A stretch of DNA of 64,000 bases from Octopus vulgaris (GCA_951406725.2 OX597820.1:40982001-41046000), one strand, 5' to 3'. Positions 41,698 through 58,772 are shown, counted from the first letter of the stretch. Numbers and translations are program-made. The notes: a model not told the origin generated them from the sequence alone.

Positions 41698-42105
41698 CAT
41701 ATATATATAATATTACTCCTGCAGAGTCACACTCGCCACTATATTGCAGAGAGGAAGAGAAAGATAAAGAAAGAAAGAAAAAAGGTAGAAGATGAAAGAG
41801 TGGAGAAAGAAGCGAGGGAAACACTGTTACCATTTGTGTCTCGTACTATAACATCTGGTGAACTGTCTAGCTTCTCTATGAACTGTATACGTCAGCCCTG
41901 TTCTGTACCCGCCAACGTGGAATACTGCGAAGTAGTCGCTCAACCCGTTAAGATATAGCTACCAAATATCGCCGCAAATCGCATGCCACTGAGGACATGA
42001 TGATGTGAGAATTTGGATAATGATACTGCCCTAGATACCCCACAAGGTTGGTCATGACTGAAATTCCTCTGATCATATGTCTGTAAAATCAGAGGTGGCG
42101 TGAGG

Positions 42106-42430
42106 TTATACAACAATCCTTTTTGGGGGTCGCTCGACGATCATCCACTCAGATGGTTTTGTCTCATCTGGGGCCCTTTCTATATCCAAGGAGTTAGTAG
42201 AATTTCTTATGGCTTTATTTCTGCTCCGTTCCTGTCTTTGACGTTGTGGTTGCCGTTCCTTTCCTCTTTGGGAGTGCAACAGATTTGGCGTTGGGAATAT
42301 TGGAGCAACACAAGGCACAGTGGAACAGAAAGCTTTAAAGTGCCTGGTTTTCCCACATAGGTAACACCTGGATTTCCTGCCCTCCACGACCACCTACATC
42401 TGCTCACACTCTCCGAAACAAAAGTCCGGG
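42106..42430 (-). mobile_element. LINE ORF1 (gag-like) fragment with CCHC zinc knuckle
   Basis: VVVEGRKSRCYLCGKTRHFKAFC = CX2CX4HX4C; in-frame stop upstream; no splice context. Confidence 0.7.
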
Positions 42431-42633
42431 ATAATAAAAACTACATCTAAAAACGTTATCTTAGCTCGACGAAAGAACCATACGCTGGTGGTTATTATTA
42501 ATCTGACGGCTATAATTTGTATTACAGACGTTATATGACGTTGCAAGGTAAAGAATATAGAAACATATGGTTGATGGATGTGTAGAATATATTAGTTTTT
42601 CATGATCAGTTCTGCATTATACCTTCAGTTCTA

Positions 42634-43183
42634 AGGCATCGAGCTGGCAGAAACCTTAGCAAGCCGGGCGAAATGCTTAGCGGTATTTCGTCTGCCGTTA
42701 CGTTCTTAGTTCAAATTCCGCCGAGGTCGACTTTGCCTTTCATCCTTTTGGGGTCGATAAATTAAGGACCAGTTACACACTGGGGTCGATATAATCGACT
42801 TAATCAGTTTTAATTGGCCACCTCAGATTAATGAATAAGATCTAAAATCGCAAGCTTGAGAATGAAGTGAAGTGAAATATCTCAAATCAGATTCGAACCT
42901 TTGTGTCAGAATTAGTTTGCCGAATTATTTCCACCACTTTTGGGGAAACTGTTTGTGCATTCGATAATTAAATTAGAATATTTGTGAATATTCTTTTCTC
43001 CTCTAGGCACAAGACCCGAAAGTTTTGGGTAGGGGGCCAGTCGATCTGGTACTTAATTTATCGACCCCGAAAGGATGAAAAGCAAAGTTGATCTTGGCGG
43101 AATTTGAACTCATAACGTAAATTCAGTCGAAACACCACTAAGCATTTTGCCCGGCATGCTAACGTTTCTGCCAACACACCGCT
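42634..43183. mobile_element. Inverted pair of family A SINEs (+ 42634-42805; - 42988-43183)
   Basis: Family A core on opposite strands about 180 bp apart. Confidence 0.85.
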
Positions 43184-43445
43184 TTAGAATAGGCTTTTTT
43201 TTTTTTAATCGATAAGAGTTTCCCAATAAAAGTTCCGGCTAGATTCCATTACCTTATACAAACTAAAAATGGAACTCCTTTAGTTTATACAAATGGAATG
43301 GATGTCACTCGTCATTCTAAATCAAGTGAGACCTGTTCGGTTAAGAAATTCGCTTCCCACTGACATGGTTCTGGTTTCGATTCCATTGTTTGCCACTTTG
43401 GGAAAGTGTTTTCTAATATCACCTCAAGTAATCTCTGAATCGTAA

Positions 43446-43512
<67 letters not shown>

Positions 43513-43925
43513 CGTGCGCGCGTGTGCGTGAGTGTGTGCGAGCGTGTATGTGTGTGTGTGTCTGCTCGCATGTGTGTATATACAGGTACATACCCACAAA
43601 CACACTCACACATACATACATACACGTATATATACATGAATACATACATTTCTGTATGTATTTGTATGGCTTTCGCCGTCAAACAAGAACGAAAGACCGC
43701 TTAGAAAAACCAACGACCGCTACTTTTCGAATGAAGCCTCTTGCATTATTATTCTGAACCGACTCACCGGTAATGTCATGGTACCTTAGCTGCTATAAAT
43801 ACAATGTCCCAAAGATTGGTTCATTGGAACCATGCATCCAATGATGTCATAGTTCAATTGTGATATAAAATAAGTAATTAAACGAAATTATATATAAAGA
43901 ATAATAAAATCTCATATAATAAATG

Positions 43926-44129
43926 TCGAACGGATGCTGATAAATTCCTACCTTTGGGTAAAAAAAAATTCAGAAGGATGAGTTAATTATGATTTTATTC
44001 AACAAGTCCCCCTCTTTGATTCACACACTTATTGCAACGGCCCTTCAGTTTTTCTTAGCCTTGTAAAATAACTCGGAAGTTTGAGCCTTTAACGAGGCCT
44101 TCCGCGACAACTTTTCAACACCCCATCGT
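43926..44129. mobile_element. Degenerate Tc1/mariner-like MITE
   Basis: Ends tcgaacggatgctgataaatt / aacttttcaacaccccatcgt (14/21 complementary) resemble mariner-type ACGAGGGGTG..GAAAAGTT TIRs. Confidence 0.45.
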
Positions 44130-44559
44130 TAAAAACCTATTAGATAAGTTAATAACAGTGTTACACGTGTAAAAAAGAAATCGGCGTTAATATTTACAAA
44201 TTCACAAATTGTACACATCTGTACCACCCAACGAGAGATCTTCTGGCTCGTTGCTTAAGTTTCAAGAAATAGTAGTTAAATATCCCTCAAATCACATGCT
44301 CCTAGCTTAAAAAAGTAAAGACTAGGGAATGAATTATAATTACATAAAAAACAGAATGATTACAGCTGGAACGTCTATGCTTATGGTCTGCGTGATCAAA
44401 GATGTCCTGAAGTTGAATAAGCATAACATATGTACACACAGATGGATAGACTTATAGATTGAGAATGTACCATGTGGATTGCTAAAACAATTTTACATGC
44501 TGCATATATATTACAGATGGGAGAACTCATATATAAATTTATGTACACTATAAATCATT

Positions 44560-45007
44560 ATCCATTCATGCAAAGACCAAAAAAATACTCAACATCACAT
44601 TTAGAATAAAAATAAATTGCTGGGTTAGCAAACTACTTTCAGGTTGCAAATTTAGTGTAATATAAAATAACAATATCACCATTTTCTCTAGTGGCGTACC
44701 ACAAGTATCCAACCTCTCACCCACTATTTTCAACTTCTACCTGCACGATCTTCCCACACCTCTACAAATATAAAACACAGACGGCATTCCCTCGCATCTG
44801 CTTACCATGCTCTAGACAGTTGTGATATAGCTTCTTAAAACCCTACATAAAATACCACCACCTGCTCTATAACAGACTTTTTGTAGAACCCCGTCCTTTT
44901 TTATCAGCTATACAAGAGAACCTCAAATACGGCCAACCACTACAACAATATAAACAAATAATACGCATACATGCACACACACGCACACACACACATACAC
45001 ACACACA

Positions 45008-45053
<46 letters not shown>

Positions 45054-46070
45054 ACCCACATACACATACAGAAGACAAAAATCAACATTAGTTACATAAA
45101 ACTGTTTTACATAAAAAAAAATAGAATACATAGCAAAGAAGGCATACACTATCATACTTAGATCAATCAAAGGTACACCATCTTTGGTTAACAGAAACAG
45201 CAATGTTATATAAACAAGACACTCGATCCATCAAGGATTATACCTAATTTCTTTACTACCCACAAGGGGCTAAACACAGAGAGGACAAACAAGGACAGAC
45301 AAATGGATGAAGTCGGATTATATCGACCCCAGTGCGTAACTGGTACTTATTTAATCGACCCCGAAAGGATAAAAGGCAAAGTCGACCTCGGCGGAATTTG
45401 AACTCAGAACGTAACGGCAGACGAAATACGGCAACGGATTTCGTCCGGCGTGCTAACGCTTCTGCCAGCTCGCCGCTTACGATCCATCAAGGATTATAAC
45501 AAGCCTTTCTGAACCTCAATCGCTTCATAACAAACCACAATAAAGTGCAGAGACGCAAAACAGAGTTCTGTTCACAATAACATGTTAAGCGAATACCCCA
45601 TTTACAGACCGCTTATACTGAAACCAAAACTACTAAAAGAGGGTAGCACTTTTTATTGATGCAGTAGGCTTCAGCCCCAACAGTCTAGTTGTTGTATTTA
45701 AAATTCCTGCTACAAACGCGCAAATACATAATGCTGCACCCCAAAGTACTAACACGACAATATTCTTAAAATATCGTTTTCGTTCGGCCTAGACAACTAT
45801 AAAAACAACACGTTTACGCATAAAATGCAAACGCATCTATTGTCTCGCTAACCATGGCGATGCGCACAATGCTAACAACGGATGCTGAGGAACATCAAAT
45901 GTCACCCGCTGACCGAATTCGCTTTCTTAGCTTCCGCTAGGGTCGCCATCAGAATGACAAATAAACTGGATAGTAGGGGGAGTAGAACTGCCACACTTCT
46001 CTCATGCGAATCATCACTACATGCTGGACAGTGCAGTATGTTCCTCAGCAAGGGCAGTAGCTTGCTATAA
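44560..46070 (+). mobile_element. Decayed LINE ORF2 (RT domain and C-terminal remnants), interrupted by a microsatellite and a SINE
   Basis: 44678-44773 TIFSSGVPQVSNLSPTIFNFYLHDLP (non-LTR RT GVPQGS.LSP.LF motif); upstream CWVSKLLSG; ~45555 QNRVLFTITC*ANTP; ~45887 EEHQMSPADRIRFLSFR*GRH. Confidence 0.75.
45243..45479 (-). mobile_element. Young family A1 SINE with 19-bp TSD
   Basis: cgatccatcaaggattata at 45224-45242 and 45480-45498. Confidence 0.9.
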
Positions 46071-46206
46071 TTAGAATTAAGGATCTTCGGATCGTGCCGA
46101 GTAGTTCAATCAACTACGTGTACGCCACAGAACAATTTGATCCCAGTTGGACAAGGACTATACTATATGAATGCATTTCAAATGCACATACTGACAAATG
46201 ACAAAC

Positions 46207-46568
46207 TGGCTGTGTGGGAAGTAGCTTGTTTACCAACCACATGGTTCCGGGTTCAGTCCTACTGCGTGGCACTTTGGGCAAGTGTCTTCTACTATAGCCT
46301 CGGGCCGACGGAAACTGAAAAGAAGCTCGTCGTATATATGTATATATATATATATACGTGTGTGTGTTTGTGTGTCTGTGTTTGTCCCCCTAGCATTGCT
46401 TGACAACCGATGCTGGTGTGTTTATGTCCCCGTTACCTAGCGGTTCGGCAAAAGAGACCGATAGAAAAAGAATAAGTCCCGGGGTCGAGTTGCTCGATTA
46501 AAGGCGGTGCTCTAGCATGGCCGCAGTCAAATGACTGAAACAAGTAAAAGAGTAAAGAGTAAAAGAGA
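46207..46568 (+). mobile_element. Family B SINE with small internal deletions
   Basis: Match to family B. Confidence 0.85.
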
Positions 46569-46902
46569 TATTACATAGATCCACAATACACCAAAATTAC
46601 ATCTAGAATTAACAAATTCGTATATACAGACAAATATACAGTTCCACATGTGTGTTTATACGTGTGTGAGTCATTATCAGGCCTTAATATAATATACATA
46701 AATGGCACCAATTAACCGTGTGCTGTAAAATTTGTTTCGTAACCACGTGCCTTCAGGTTTGATCTTATGACGTCGAGCTTAGGGCTGGTTCCTTCTAACA
46801 TTGCATCAGGTGGAATTTCGTAGACGAAAACTACAAATGTATGTGTTTGTGTGTATGTATGTGTATTGCTCGGGAGTTATGTGTGTGTACGAGTAGAAGG
46901 TG

Positions 46903-46938
<36 letters not shown>

Positions 46939-47273
46939 ATATAAACATTGAGGAAAAGCTGATGCTCTTCGAAAGAAAATGAAGTTCCCTACGCACTCGC
47001 CATTAGCAATGAAGAGAGTGTTAATAATGACAATGAAAAAGGGACATACTCAGTAAACTTGACACCAGTACATAACTGGTACTTTAATTAATCAAATCGG
47101 GAAAGATAATACTCGAATACAACTTCGGAGGGATTTAAACTAAAAGCTAAAACTGAAGGTAGAAAAAAAGAATAAAAAAAGAATAACAAAGGGCCGTAAC
47201 TAAAGGAATTTTATGCATCTCACTAAAAGTACAGCCAGGTAAATAACAGAGTATTACACGATGTGGACTAAAC

Positions 47274-47321
<48 letters not shown>

Positions 47322-48469
47322 ACACACACACACACATGCACGCATAAACACACCACCACCACCAACAGCACAACCACCACCATCGCAACCGGTGCCGCTG
47401 TCATATGAAACACCGAGAATAACAAGACTAACCTGAAGAGACTCTTGGTATAGAGAATATTTTAGCATTTGTTCAAAAGGTCAAGAATTGCTCTGTGTAA
47501 AAAACCCTCCTTAACACAGTGAATGACAATTAAAAAACATCGAGAAGAGGTGGCCCTCGATCAATTGTGATGCATATCGTTATATCACATTTTGCAATGT
47601 GGGAATAAAAAAAAAAAGATAACTATGAAACAATTGAAGAGTAAGGTGGACAGGACAGGTGCTAAGGAACATACATGAAAGGAAGAGTTACAATCGGGTC
47701 ACACAAGCGTGGGAGACATCGCCCAAATGCCATCAAAGAGTCTAAAAGAAATATATCTGCCAAGTAATACATTCCTATGAGAGATTCTAAAGTTGTAATA
47801 ACATACACAAACACAAACACACAAGCATACAAACACACACACACACATACACAGTGACATACACACACATACACAGAGGCATACACACTCACATACATAA
47901 ACACACACGTGCACACACAAACGCACAAACACACACACACTCACACACATGCACACAAACGATGTTTGTATGCATCTATGTATCCATGAATGTATGCATA
48001 TCTCTCTCTCTCCGCCTATCTATGTGTCTGGCCCTCTCTCTCTCTCTCCCTCTTTATTTCTTTCTTTCCTTTCTCTCTCTCTCTATGTCTCTCTGTCTCT
48101 TTCTTTCTGTTTCACTCTCACGGTCTCTCTCTCTCTCTCTCTCTCTCTCTTTCATTCTATGTCTCCTCCTGTCGCTTTCTATGTGCTTGTGTGTGTATAT
48201 ACGTGTGTGAGTGTGTACGTGTATCTATGTATTTGTATATATATATGAATGGATGTATGCACAGATGTGCCTATGTTTGTATGTATGTATATAAGGAAAC
48301 GTGTATAAACATACAGGTGCACGGGTGGCTGTGTATTAAAACCACACGGTTGCAGATGTAGTCCAACAGCTTGGCAACTCCAGCAAGTGTTTTAAGCAAT
48401 AGGCAGACATAGGATGTCTAAGTGGAATTGGTTGACGGAAACTGAAAGAAACCTCTCGTATAAATATAT

Positions 48470-49975
<1,506 letters not shown>

Positions 49976-49979
49976 GTTC

Positions 49980-50348
49980 TTTTATTCTTTTATTTGTTTC
50001 AGTCATTCGACTGCATCCATACTGGAGCATCGCCTTTACTCGAAGAAATCGACACCAGGAATTTTTCCTTTGTAAGCCCAGTACTTATTGCCGGTCAATT
50101 CTGCTAAGATACGGGGACGTAAACACACCAACATTGCTTGTGAAGAGATGGTGTAAGGGACAAACACAGACACGTAAACATATATATATATGACGGGCTT
50201 CTTTCAGTTACCGTCTACCAAATTCACTCACAAGGATTTGGTCGACCCGAGGCTATAGTAGAAGACACTTGCCCAAGATGCCACGCAAGGGGACTAAACC
50301 CGGAACCATGTGGTTTGTAATCAAGCTACACATCCACTCATGCGCCTA
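49980..50348 (-). mobile_element. Family B SINE (diverged)
   Basis: Reverse-complement match to family B. Confidence 0.8.
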
Positions 50349-50743
50349 TATATATATATACACACAAACGCACACATACACATATATCAAAATTGAAAAC
50401 ACGCGTGGTTTTGCGAGAGTGTGCTGATAGGGGTCAGTATGTATGTTGATGGATAGTTACATGTGATTATGCATTTGTGTAATATAAATGTGTATTATCT
50501 TATGTATACAAAAGATAATACCATGTGGCGTTGACAAAAACAGCATTATGGACATTGCGCACACTTACCCACTCACAAAATACACATGCACACACACATA
50601 TTTGTATATAATGTATATATATAATATTCATGCCTGGATACATACCTATATACAAATATATATACGTGTGTGTGCATGTGTGTGTGTGTGGGGGGGGGGC
50701 GTCGGTGTATCTGCATAGGCACATACATAAGCATATATATCTG

Positions 50744-50794
<51 letters not shown>

Positions 50795-50811
50795 AGACAT
50801 ATATATGTATA

Positions 50812-50878
<67 letters not shown>

Positions 50879-50962
50879 CATTTCCTGAGCGCCTATTAAT
50901 AATAATACTGTAATTGTTCCATTGTTGTTGTTTTTTTTTTTGTTTCCCGTTTGGATTAAAAT

Positions 50963-50994
<32 letters not shown>

Positions 50995-51126
50995 ATATAT
51001 AAACATTTATATATATATACATATATATATATATAAACATTTATATGCATACAAATTCCATACAAACCTATACGCATTCATACGTACATATATGCATTGA
51101 TATATATGTGTGTGTGTATAAATGTG

Positions 51127-51184
<58 letters not shown>

Positions 51185-52282
51185 TGTGTGTTTGTTTATA
51201 TATACGGTTGCTATTTCTAATATTTCAGTCGACCACATACAGACTGTAGTTATCACAATGTTGTATGGCTTCAGCTAAACTTGGTCGGCAAATGCTTTCA
51301 TCAAATACATTCTTGCTATGAGCAACACGTTGTATATAGAATTGATATGTAGAATGTTTTCATATTTTTCCTTCCGTATTTAAAAGGATTAGATGTGTTC
51401 TGTTTGTAACTTTGCCTCTACGGTCCAGCCACGGCGTGAAAGCTCTATCTTTACTTTATTGCTGTCGTAGTTGTTTATCATAGAAACACATGTATTAGTA
51501 GTGGCGATGATTTTAATTTAATATAAAATACTGAGCTATACACCTTGTTTTTATAGTTGTTATGTATGTCAACGCAAATGAGGCAATGCTGTGTAACTGA
51601 AGTGTCTGCGTCATAATTTTTATGCCTTTGTTAACATAGGAAAAGCGACGCTCATGAACTTCAGATACCGATGTGAATGAAGAAGCTATCTGTAATTCGA
51701 AGTTCTGGCCTGAATGCTTATAGCTGCGCAGAGACCACAAAGATATCCGTGGACCAGGTATTCCCGCTCGTAAGTTTCCGTACAATATCCCTGCAACAAA
51801 TTTCACTCCCAAGGTCTTAATATGCCAGAAGCTTGTGAAGAAGATACTTACCCAAGATTCCACGCATTAGCACTGAACCTAAAACTACCTATTTGTGAAA
51901 CGAATTTCTGAAACACGGAATCATGCCGGAACCAATATTGTATATTACCTCACAACTTAACGTTAAAAAACCTCACAACAGAGCACTGCAACAGCGAAAC
52001 ACCTGTTGCTTATACGGAAGTAATAGCCTACTTACAGCCATGAGCTTTGCTTTGTGCTACCTACAGCATAGTTTATTGATCATAGAGTGCCAATCATTGC
52101 CCATTAACTATAGCCAAATTGTCAGATAAAAAAGACCCGATCGACACGGCAATCGGTGTCTCTGATTAGCGATCAGCTCCTATCAATTTATGCAACTCGG
52201 TAACGTGTCAGTAATTCCCAATTATGACTAAAATGACATGCTGGTCAAGGCAGGAACATTTTTAATCAAAGAGGTTCACAAT

Positions 52283-52471
52283 CAGGAGTGGCTGTGTGGT
52301 AAGTAGCTTGCTTACCAATCACATGGTTCCGGGTTCAGTCCCACTGCGTGGCACCTTGGGCAAGTGTCTTCTACTATAGCCTCGGGCCGACCAAAGCCTT
52401 GTGAGTGGATTTGGTAGATGGAAACTGAAAGAAGTCCGTCGTATATATGTATATATATATATATATGTGTA

Positions 52472-52502
<31 letters not shown>

Positions 52503-52720
52503 ATGTTTGAGTGTCTGTGTTTGTCCCTCCCTCCAACATCGCTTGACAACCGATGCTGCTGTGTTTACGTTCCCGTAACTTAGCGGTTCGGCAAAACAGA
52601 CCGATAAAATAAGTACTAGGCTCACAAAGAATAAGTCCTGGGGTCGATTTGCTCGACTAAAGACGGTGCTCCATCATGGCCGCAGTCAAATGACTGAAAC
52701 AAGTAAAAGAGTAAAAGAGT
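52283..52720 (+). mobile_element. Family B SINE, full length
   Basis: Match to family B including the gagtaaaagagta tail. Confidence 0.9.
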
Positions 52721-54296
52721 AATCAGGTTTGACCTAAAGCTAAACATTAACAATAGCAACGGTTTTATATTACACCAACAAAGAAACCATTGCATAGTCA
52801 TTCAACCAGCAAGAAATAGCAGCCAAATTTCCTTCAAATTACACCTCACAGTCTTAAACAATATCTCAGTGAATTATGAAATGGTCAAAGTTAAGGTACC
52901 ATTGATCACAGACCTGCATAAAAACAAGAATGTTTATTTTAAAGACACTAGTCTGAACGCATAAATTTTCATGTTTATGCTTTAATAATGCTTTGTTTTT
53001 CAGTTTAACAATCGCTCTTATGTGCTCCAATTTTTAACAATTACTTTTAATTCCTTCAGTAAATATTTTTACAAACTGCTTAGTCACCACAACTCTTCAT
53101 AGAGTGTTCACCTAAATAAAAGACACGTGAAAACATATCTATGTGAAAACAACTTTTTTTTTTTTTCTTAATTGCTTTTTCATTTTTCTTTCATCTTCGA
53201 GACTAAAATACATAACGGAATATAAAATTGGTTTTAACATGATAACCCACGTGATTTCCGTTATATATATAGTAGCAATAGATTTTGTGTTCAAATACTG
53301 CTGCACTCGACTTTGTTTTCATGACTGGGGGAAAAAATAGACCAGTCAAATACACCACTAACCCCCAACTTGTGTAAATATACCAACGTAAGAAATCAAC
53401 ACTACAATTGCTACCCACCTCACACTTTACCTGGCACATGTATTTTTATTTCTTTACAATGCTTTATCCAGGACTATTAATACCAATAAGAACATCAGCA
53501 TCATTTTGTTGTGTTTTTTTTATTTTATTAGTCCTTTCAATCAAACATTGCTACTTACTGATTAGTATTAGGTTTTTCGCACTTCGTTCCCACCCCACTT
53601 ACATAACTCCTTAAGAAGACAGCGATTTCAACTAAAAGGGGATTTGAAAACACGCACATACGCACATTCACACACACGCGCGCACGTACACACACACACA
53701 CACACACACACAAAACGTAAACAAAAATAGTTTAAACAACAATCGTAAGGTGTCTCACCTGGTCATGCTGTCTATATTTATCATCGCAGCAGGGGACCCA
53801 GATGAGATCAAATCTGCAGGTGTGTGCAGACTGTCTCAATTAGTTTTATTAGATGACTGCTTCATTAACGACGAGATATAATTGTGTTAATCTGACGGGG
53901 TTTTTAATTGGAGAATGAGTAATTTTAGTGGTCATTAATGCAGACTTAGTTTCAACAGTTGTTTAATAAGGAAATCACAAAAATAAACCGCAACTATATA
54001 GAAATATATAAAAATTATATCTTTAACGTAAGGTTCATCTGAGAAAGAACAATGGTCTGATAGAATCGGTAAAGTACCGGTTCTGTGGTGTTTGAATACG
54101 AGCTTTCGCGTTCTGAGTTCGAATCCAGCTGGAAGCGAAATGATTTTTCATCCCTTTGACGTTGATAAAGTATGCATAGTAATATACAGTAATTTACATA
54201 TATACAGTAATTAGTGTAATATAACATACTGCCCCGTTAAACATGCTTCGCCTTTTTTATTTGTTAAAGTTAGAAATAATAGCAAATAGAAATAAT

Positions 54297-54492
54297 ATTT
54301 TCTACTATAAGCACAAGGCCTGAAATTTTGGGGGAGGGGCATAGTTTATCATATCGACACTTATTTTATCGAATCCGAAAGGACGAAGTCAAAGTCGACC
54401 TCGGCGGAATTTGAACTCAGAACGTAGCGACGGGTGAAATACAGCTAAGCATTTCGTCCAGCGTGCTGACGATTCTGCCAGCTCACCAACTT

Positions 54493-54526
<34 letters not shown>

Positions 54527-55925
54527 ATAATAACAAATAATAATAATAACGGAGTAAGAAGAGCAAGAACATACACGAAGATGGAAATTGTCCTTGAGGA
54601 GGTCCCAGATGTGTGACGAAAGATTTCCGGACAATGGACATGAGTTAGAATAAGAACAGTAATAAACGAGTGAAGAAAGAATATATAGTGTTCATTAGGC
54701 AAAAAAAAAAAAAAAAGTGACCATACCGAAATATAACAATATCTATCTCAATACACGACTTCACATCAGGAATCTTGCAACACAAATTCATAAAGATAAA
54801 ATTGTATTGTATTATCAAATAGAAAAAAGGAACAAAGGCGATGAGCTGGCAGAAACGTTAGCACGCTGGGTGAAATGCTTTGCGGTATTTCGTCTGCCGC
54901 TACGTTCTGAGTTCAAATTCCGCCGATGTCGACTTTGCCTTTCATCCTTTCGAGATCGATTAAATAAGTACCAGTTACGCACTGGGGTCGATATAATCGA
55001 CTTAATCCGTTTGTCAGTCCTTGTTTGTCCCCTCTGTGTTTAGCCCCTTGTGGGTAGTAAAGAAATTAGGTATTTCGTCTGTGGCCACGTTCTGAGTTCA
55101 AATTCAGCCGAGGTCGACTTTACTTTTCATCCTTTCGGGGTCGATAAATTAAGTACTAGTGAAACATAGGGTCGATATATCAACTATCCCCCTTTCCTAA
55201 ATTTCAGGCCTTGTGCCTATAGTAGAAAGGATTATTATTAAGAAGGCGGCGAGCTGGCAGAATCATTAACGTTGGACGACATGCGTAACGGTATTTCACC
55301 CGTCGCTACATTCTGAGTTCAAATTCCGCCGAGGTCGACTTTGCCTTTCATCCTTTCTGGGAATATAAAATAAGCACAAGTGATAATTTAATCGACTCAT
55401 ACCCTCCCCTAAAACTGCTGCCCTTATGGCAAAATTTGCAACCATTATAATGAAATAGGCGAAAGATGGTAATCTGGCTGAATCGTAAGCACGCAGGGGA
55501 AAATGCTTAGCGACATTTTGTCCGCCTTTACACTCTGAGTTCAAATTCCGCGAAGGTCAACCTTGCCTTTTATTTATATTTTTTTTTTTTTAGGGACGAT
55601 AAAAATATGTCAGCTGAGCACTGGAATCGATGAAATTGGCTAGCCCATTTCCCCAAAATTTCAGGTCTTGTTCTTATAATAGAAAGGATTATTATTATTT
55701 GTAGCAAAGCGGTGAGTTGGCAGAAGTGTTAGAATATCAAACAAAATGACTTGCGAGATTTCTTCCAATTTTTTATGTTACAAGTTCAAAGCGTACTGGA
55801 GTCAAATTTGCCGTTCAGCTCAGTAGGACCGATAAAAATCATGTACCTGTCAAGTACGGGAGTCAATGGTCTCGATTAAACTTCTCAGAAAATTACTTAC
55901 TTTATGACTAAGACAGACCCCATTA
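54297..55925. mobile_element. Family A SINE cluster: one minus copy (54297-54490) and about 5 tandem plus copies, including an A1-to-A2 junction at 55069
   Basis: Repeated family A core; junction 'gaaattaGGTAtttcgtctg'. Confidence 0.85.
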
Positions 55926-55944
55926 GTATTGTTATTATTTTGTT

Positions 55945-55975
<31 letters not shown>

Positions 55976-56415
55976 GAGTAGTATAAATCACTGAAAACCA
56001 TGCATTTGTATTAATATCGGGCACAGTTTGTTAATTCCTTCAAGCTGCCATTTTAATACAGTTATGTCATGTAAGGTAAATAATAGTTATTTATTTTTCT
56101 TGTAGACTAGAAAGTTATTTTTCGAGTGGGATGCCGTCGTTCCCCACCAAAAATGTTCGTCAGACAACACACATTAATAGTTCAGTATAATAATACAGCA
56201 ACATTTTCTCTTCACAACAAATATAACTTTAAATATTTTCTCAGACTGTTACAGCTAACACTCAAACAATATCAAACACACACACACACACAAATAGATA
56301 GATAGATTGCTAGGATGATCCGGTTCTTGATTGAAGATTAAAGGCTTCGAATGACCCGTCCGTGTTTTTTGTATCGTCTATCTGGATGTTTTGCGTTCTT
56401 GTCCCATTTTGTATC

Positions 56416-56499
<84 letters not shown>

Positions 56500-57139
56500 C
56501 ATATATAGTTGATCCAAACATGAAAACACAAAGAGAAAACACAACAACGCGAGTACGTGGAACAAATATAGTATTATTAGACGCTCAGGAAAGGAAAGAA
56601 GGCGGGTTTAACGTTTCGAGCGGAGCTATGTGTGTGTGTGTGTGTGTGTGTGCGTGTACTTGTCCTGCAACCACTGTTTGTCAACTGGTGTTGATTTGTT
56701 TACGCCCCCCCCCCATAATATAGCGGTTCGGCCAAAGAGAACGACAGAATAATTACAAGGCTTAAGATAAAAGAAAAGTACTGGAGGCAATTTTTGCGAC
56801 TAGACCCTTCAAGGCCGTACGCCAGCACGGCTTTAGTCCAATGAGTAGTGAAACAGTTAAAACAGGCAAAAAAAACATATTCTCTCTGTCAAATGGGCTC
56901 ATCATGAAATTAAATAAAGAATAAAAAAAATAATACTAAAACAAGCAGGCGTGCATTATTATATAGTTATAAAGTTCGCTTCGCAACTGCACAGTTCCAG
57001 GTTCGATTCTGCTGTGTAGCAGCTTTAGTAATTTGCTTCTACTCTAGAGTCCGATGATTGACTAATATGGGGTCTCACCCCCACCTTACATATATGTATG
57101 TGCATGTAAGTCCACATACGTTATACACACACACTCACG

Positions 57140-57208
<69 letters not shown>

Positions 57209-57219
57209 ATATCTATATA

Positions 57220-57254
<35 letters not shown>

Positions 57255-58219
57255 TTCTTTCTTTCTATATATATATACACATAAAATACAAAATGGGACA
57301 AGAACGCAAAACATCCGGACAGCTAGGTGATACAAAAAGGAACAACAAAACATCCAGGTAGAAACTAGAAAGAAAACAAGGACGGGTCATTCGAAATATA
57401 TATATAGACATATATATGCATTCATGTGTATGCTTGGTGTTTATTTGAAAATACACGTGTGATACAACACCAATGGTTAAAAACTCATGCAAATTCTGGA
57501 AAGGAAATGTGTACTGACATGATATAAATAACAATAACTCTTGAAGACATTGCCCCAGCATAGCCGCAATGCAATGGACAAACGCTACTAAATGTGAATA
57601 ATGAATATAAACATAAGAGAAAAATCACTTAAGCATTTCATTCTCTCGAGTAAACACATTAAAATTATTTGTAAAAAGGGACAGCCTGTCGGATCTTCAT
57701 TCAGTCGAACCTTAAATGGAAAAGCATTTGATGTGTTTGTGCGTGTCTGTGTATACATATACTTAAATACACACACACACACACACACGCACACACACAC
57801 ACACACACATATATACATACACATGCATACGTATATATCTTTTAGCGCAGTCAATTAGACTGCAACCATGCTGGGCCACCTGCCTTGAAGAAGTTTTTAA
57901 TCGATTGGACGCACCCCCTCCCAATAAAAGCCTGGCATTTATGCTATCCATCTCTTATTGGCAAACCATTAGTTTACAGGGACGTAAACAAACCGACCAT
58001 AATTGTCAAGCAGTGCTGGGGTAGGGTACAAACAGAGACACAGGAACACAAACACACACACGACGGGCTTCTATCAGTTTCCATCAACCAAATCTACTCA
58101 CAAGGTTTTGGTGCCTGAGGCTATAGTAGAAGACATTTGTTTAAGGTGTCTAATAGCGGGACTGAACCCGGAACCATGAGATAAGTTTCTTACCTCACAG
58201 CCACGCCTACCCTTCTACA

Positions 58220-58264
<45 letters not shown>

Positions 58265-58378
58265 CAGGCAAATAAATAAACAGACAGATAGATGAACAGA
58301 CAGAATAGACCGTCAGGCGAAACAGTCCCAGGGAGAACGAAATTCAACTACACATACATCCTATAAATACGCGCGCGC

Positions 58379-58420
<42 letters not shown>

Positions 58421-58772
58421 TCTCAGGTAAATTTTTTTCTATAGAAGGTAGATATAGAGACAGCTGGTATGCTTCAAATCATAAGCCTATAGTAATAGGC
58501 CGACCTGGTGTTAAATAACAACACTACATCGTTTCTGCTATGATGTGTATGTTTTTATGAATGTGTGTGTGTGTGTACGTATTCCGATAGTAACGTATCC
58601 GCAGTTACAACTCATTAGCATTGATTGTACAATAAAGAAGAAATAAAAGTAAAAAAAAAAAAAAAAGACAAAAAAATTAACACAGGCAAAAAAATAAACA
58701 GGGGAGCCTCGATGCGTGGTCGGTCATTCAACCAACGAGAAATACCAGTCAAATCTCTGCTAATACTACTAC

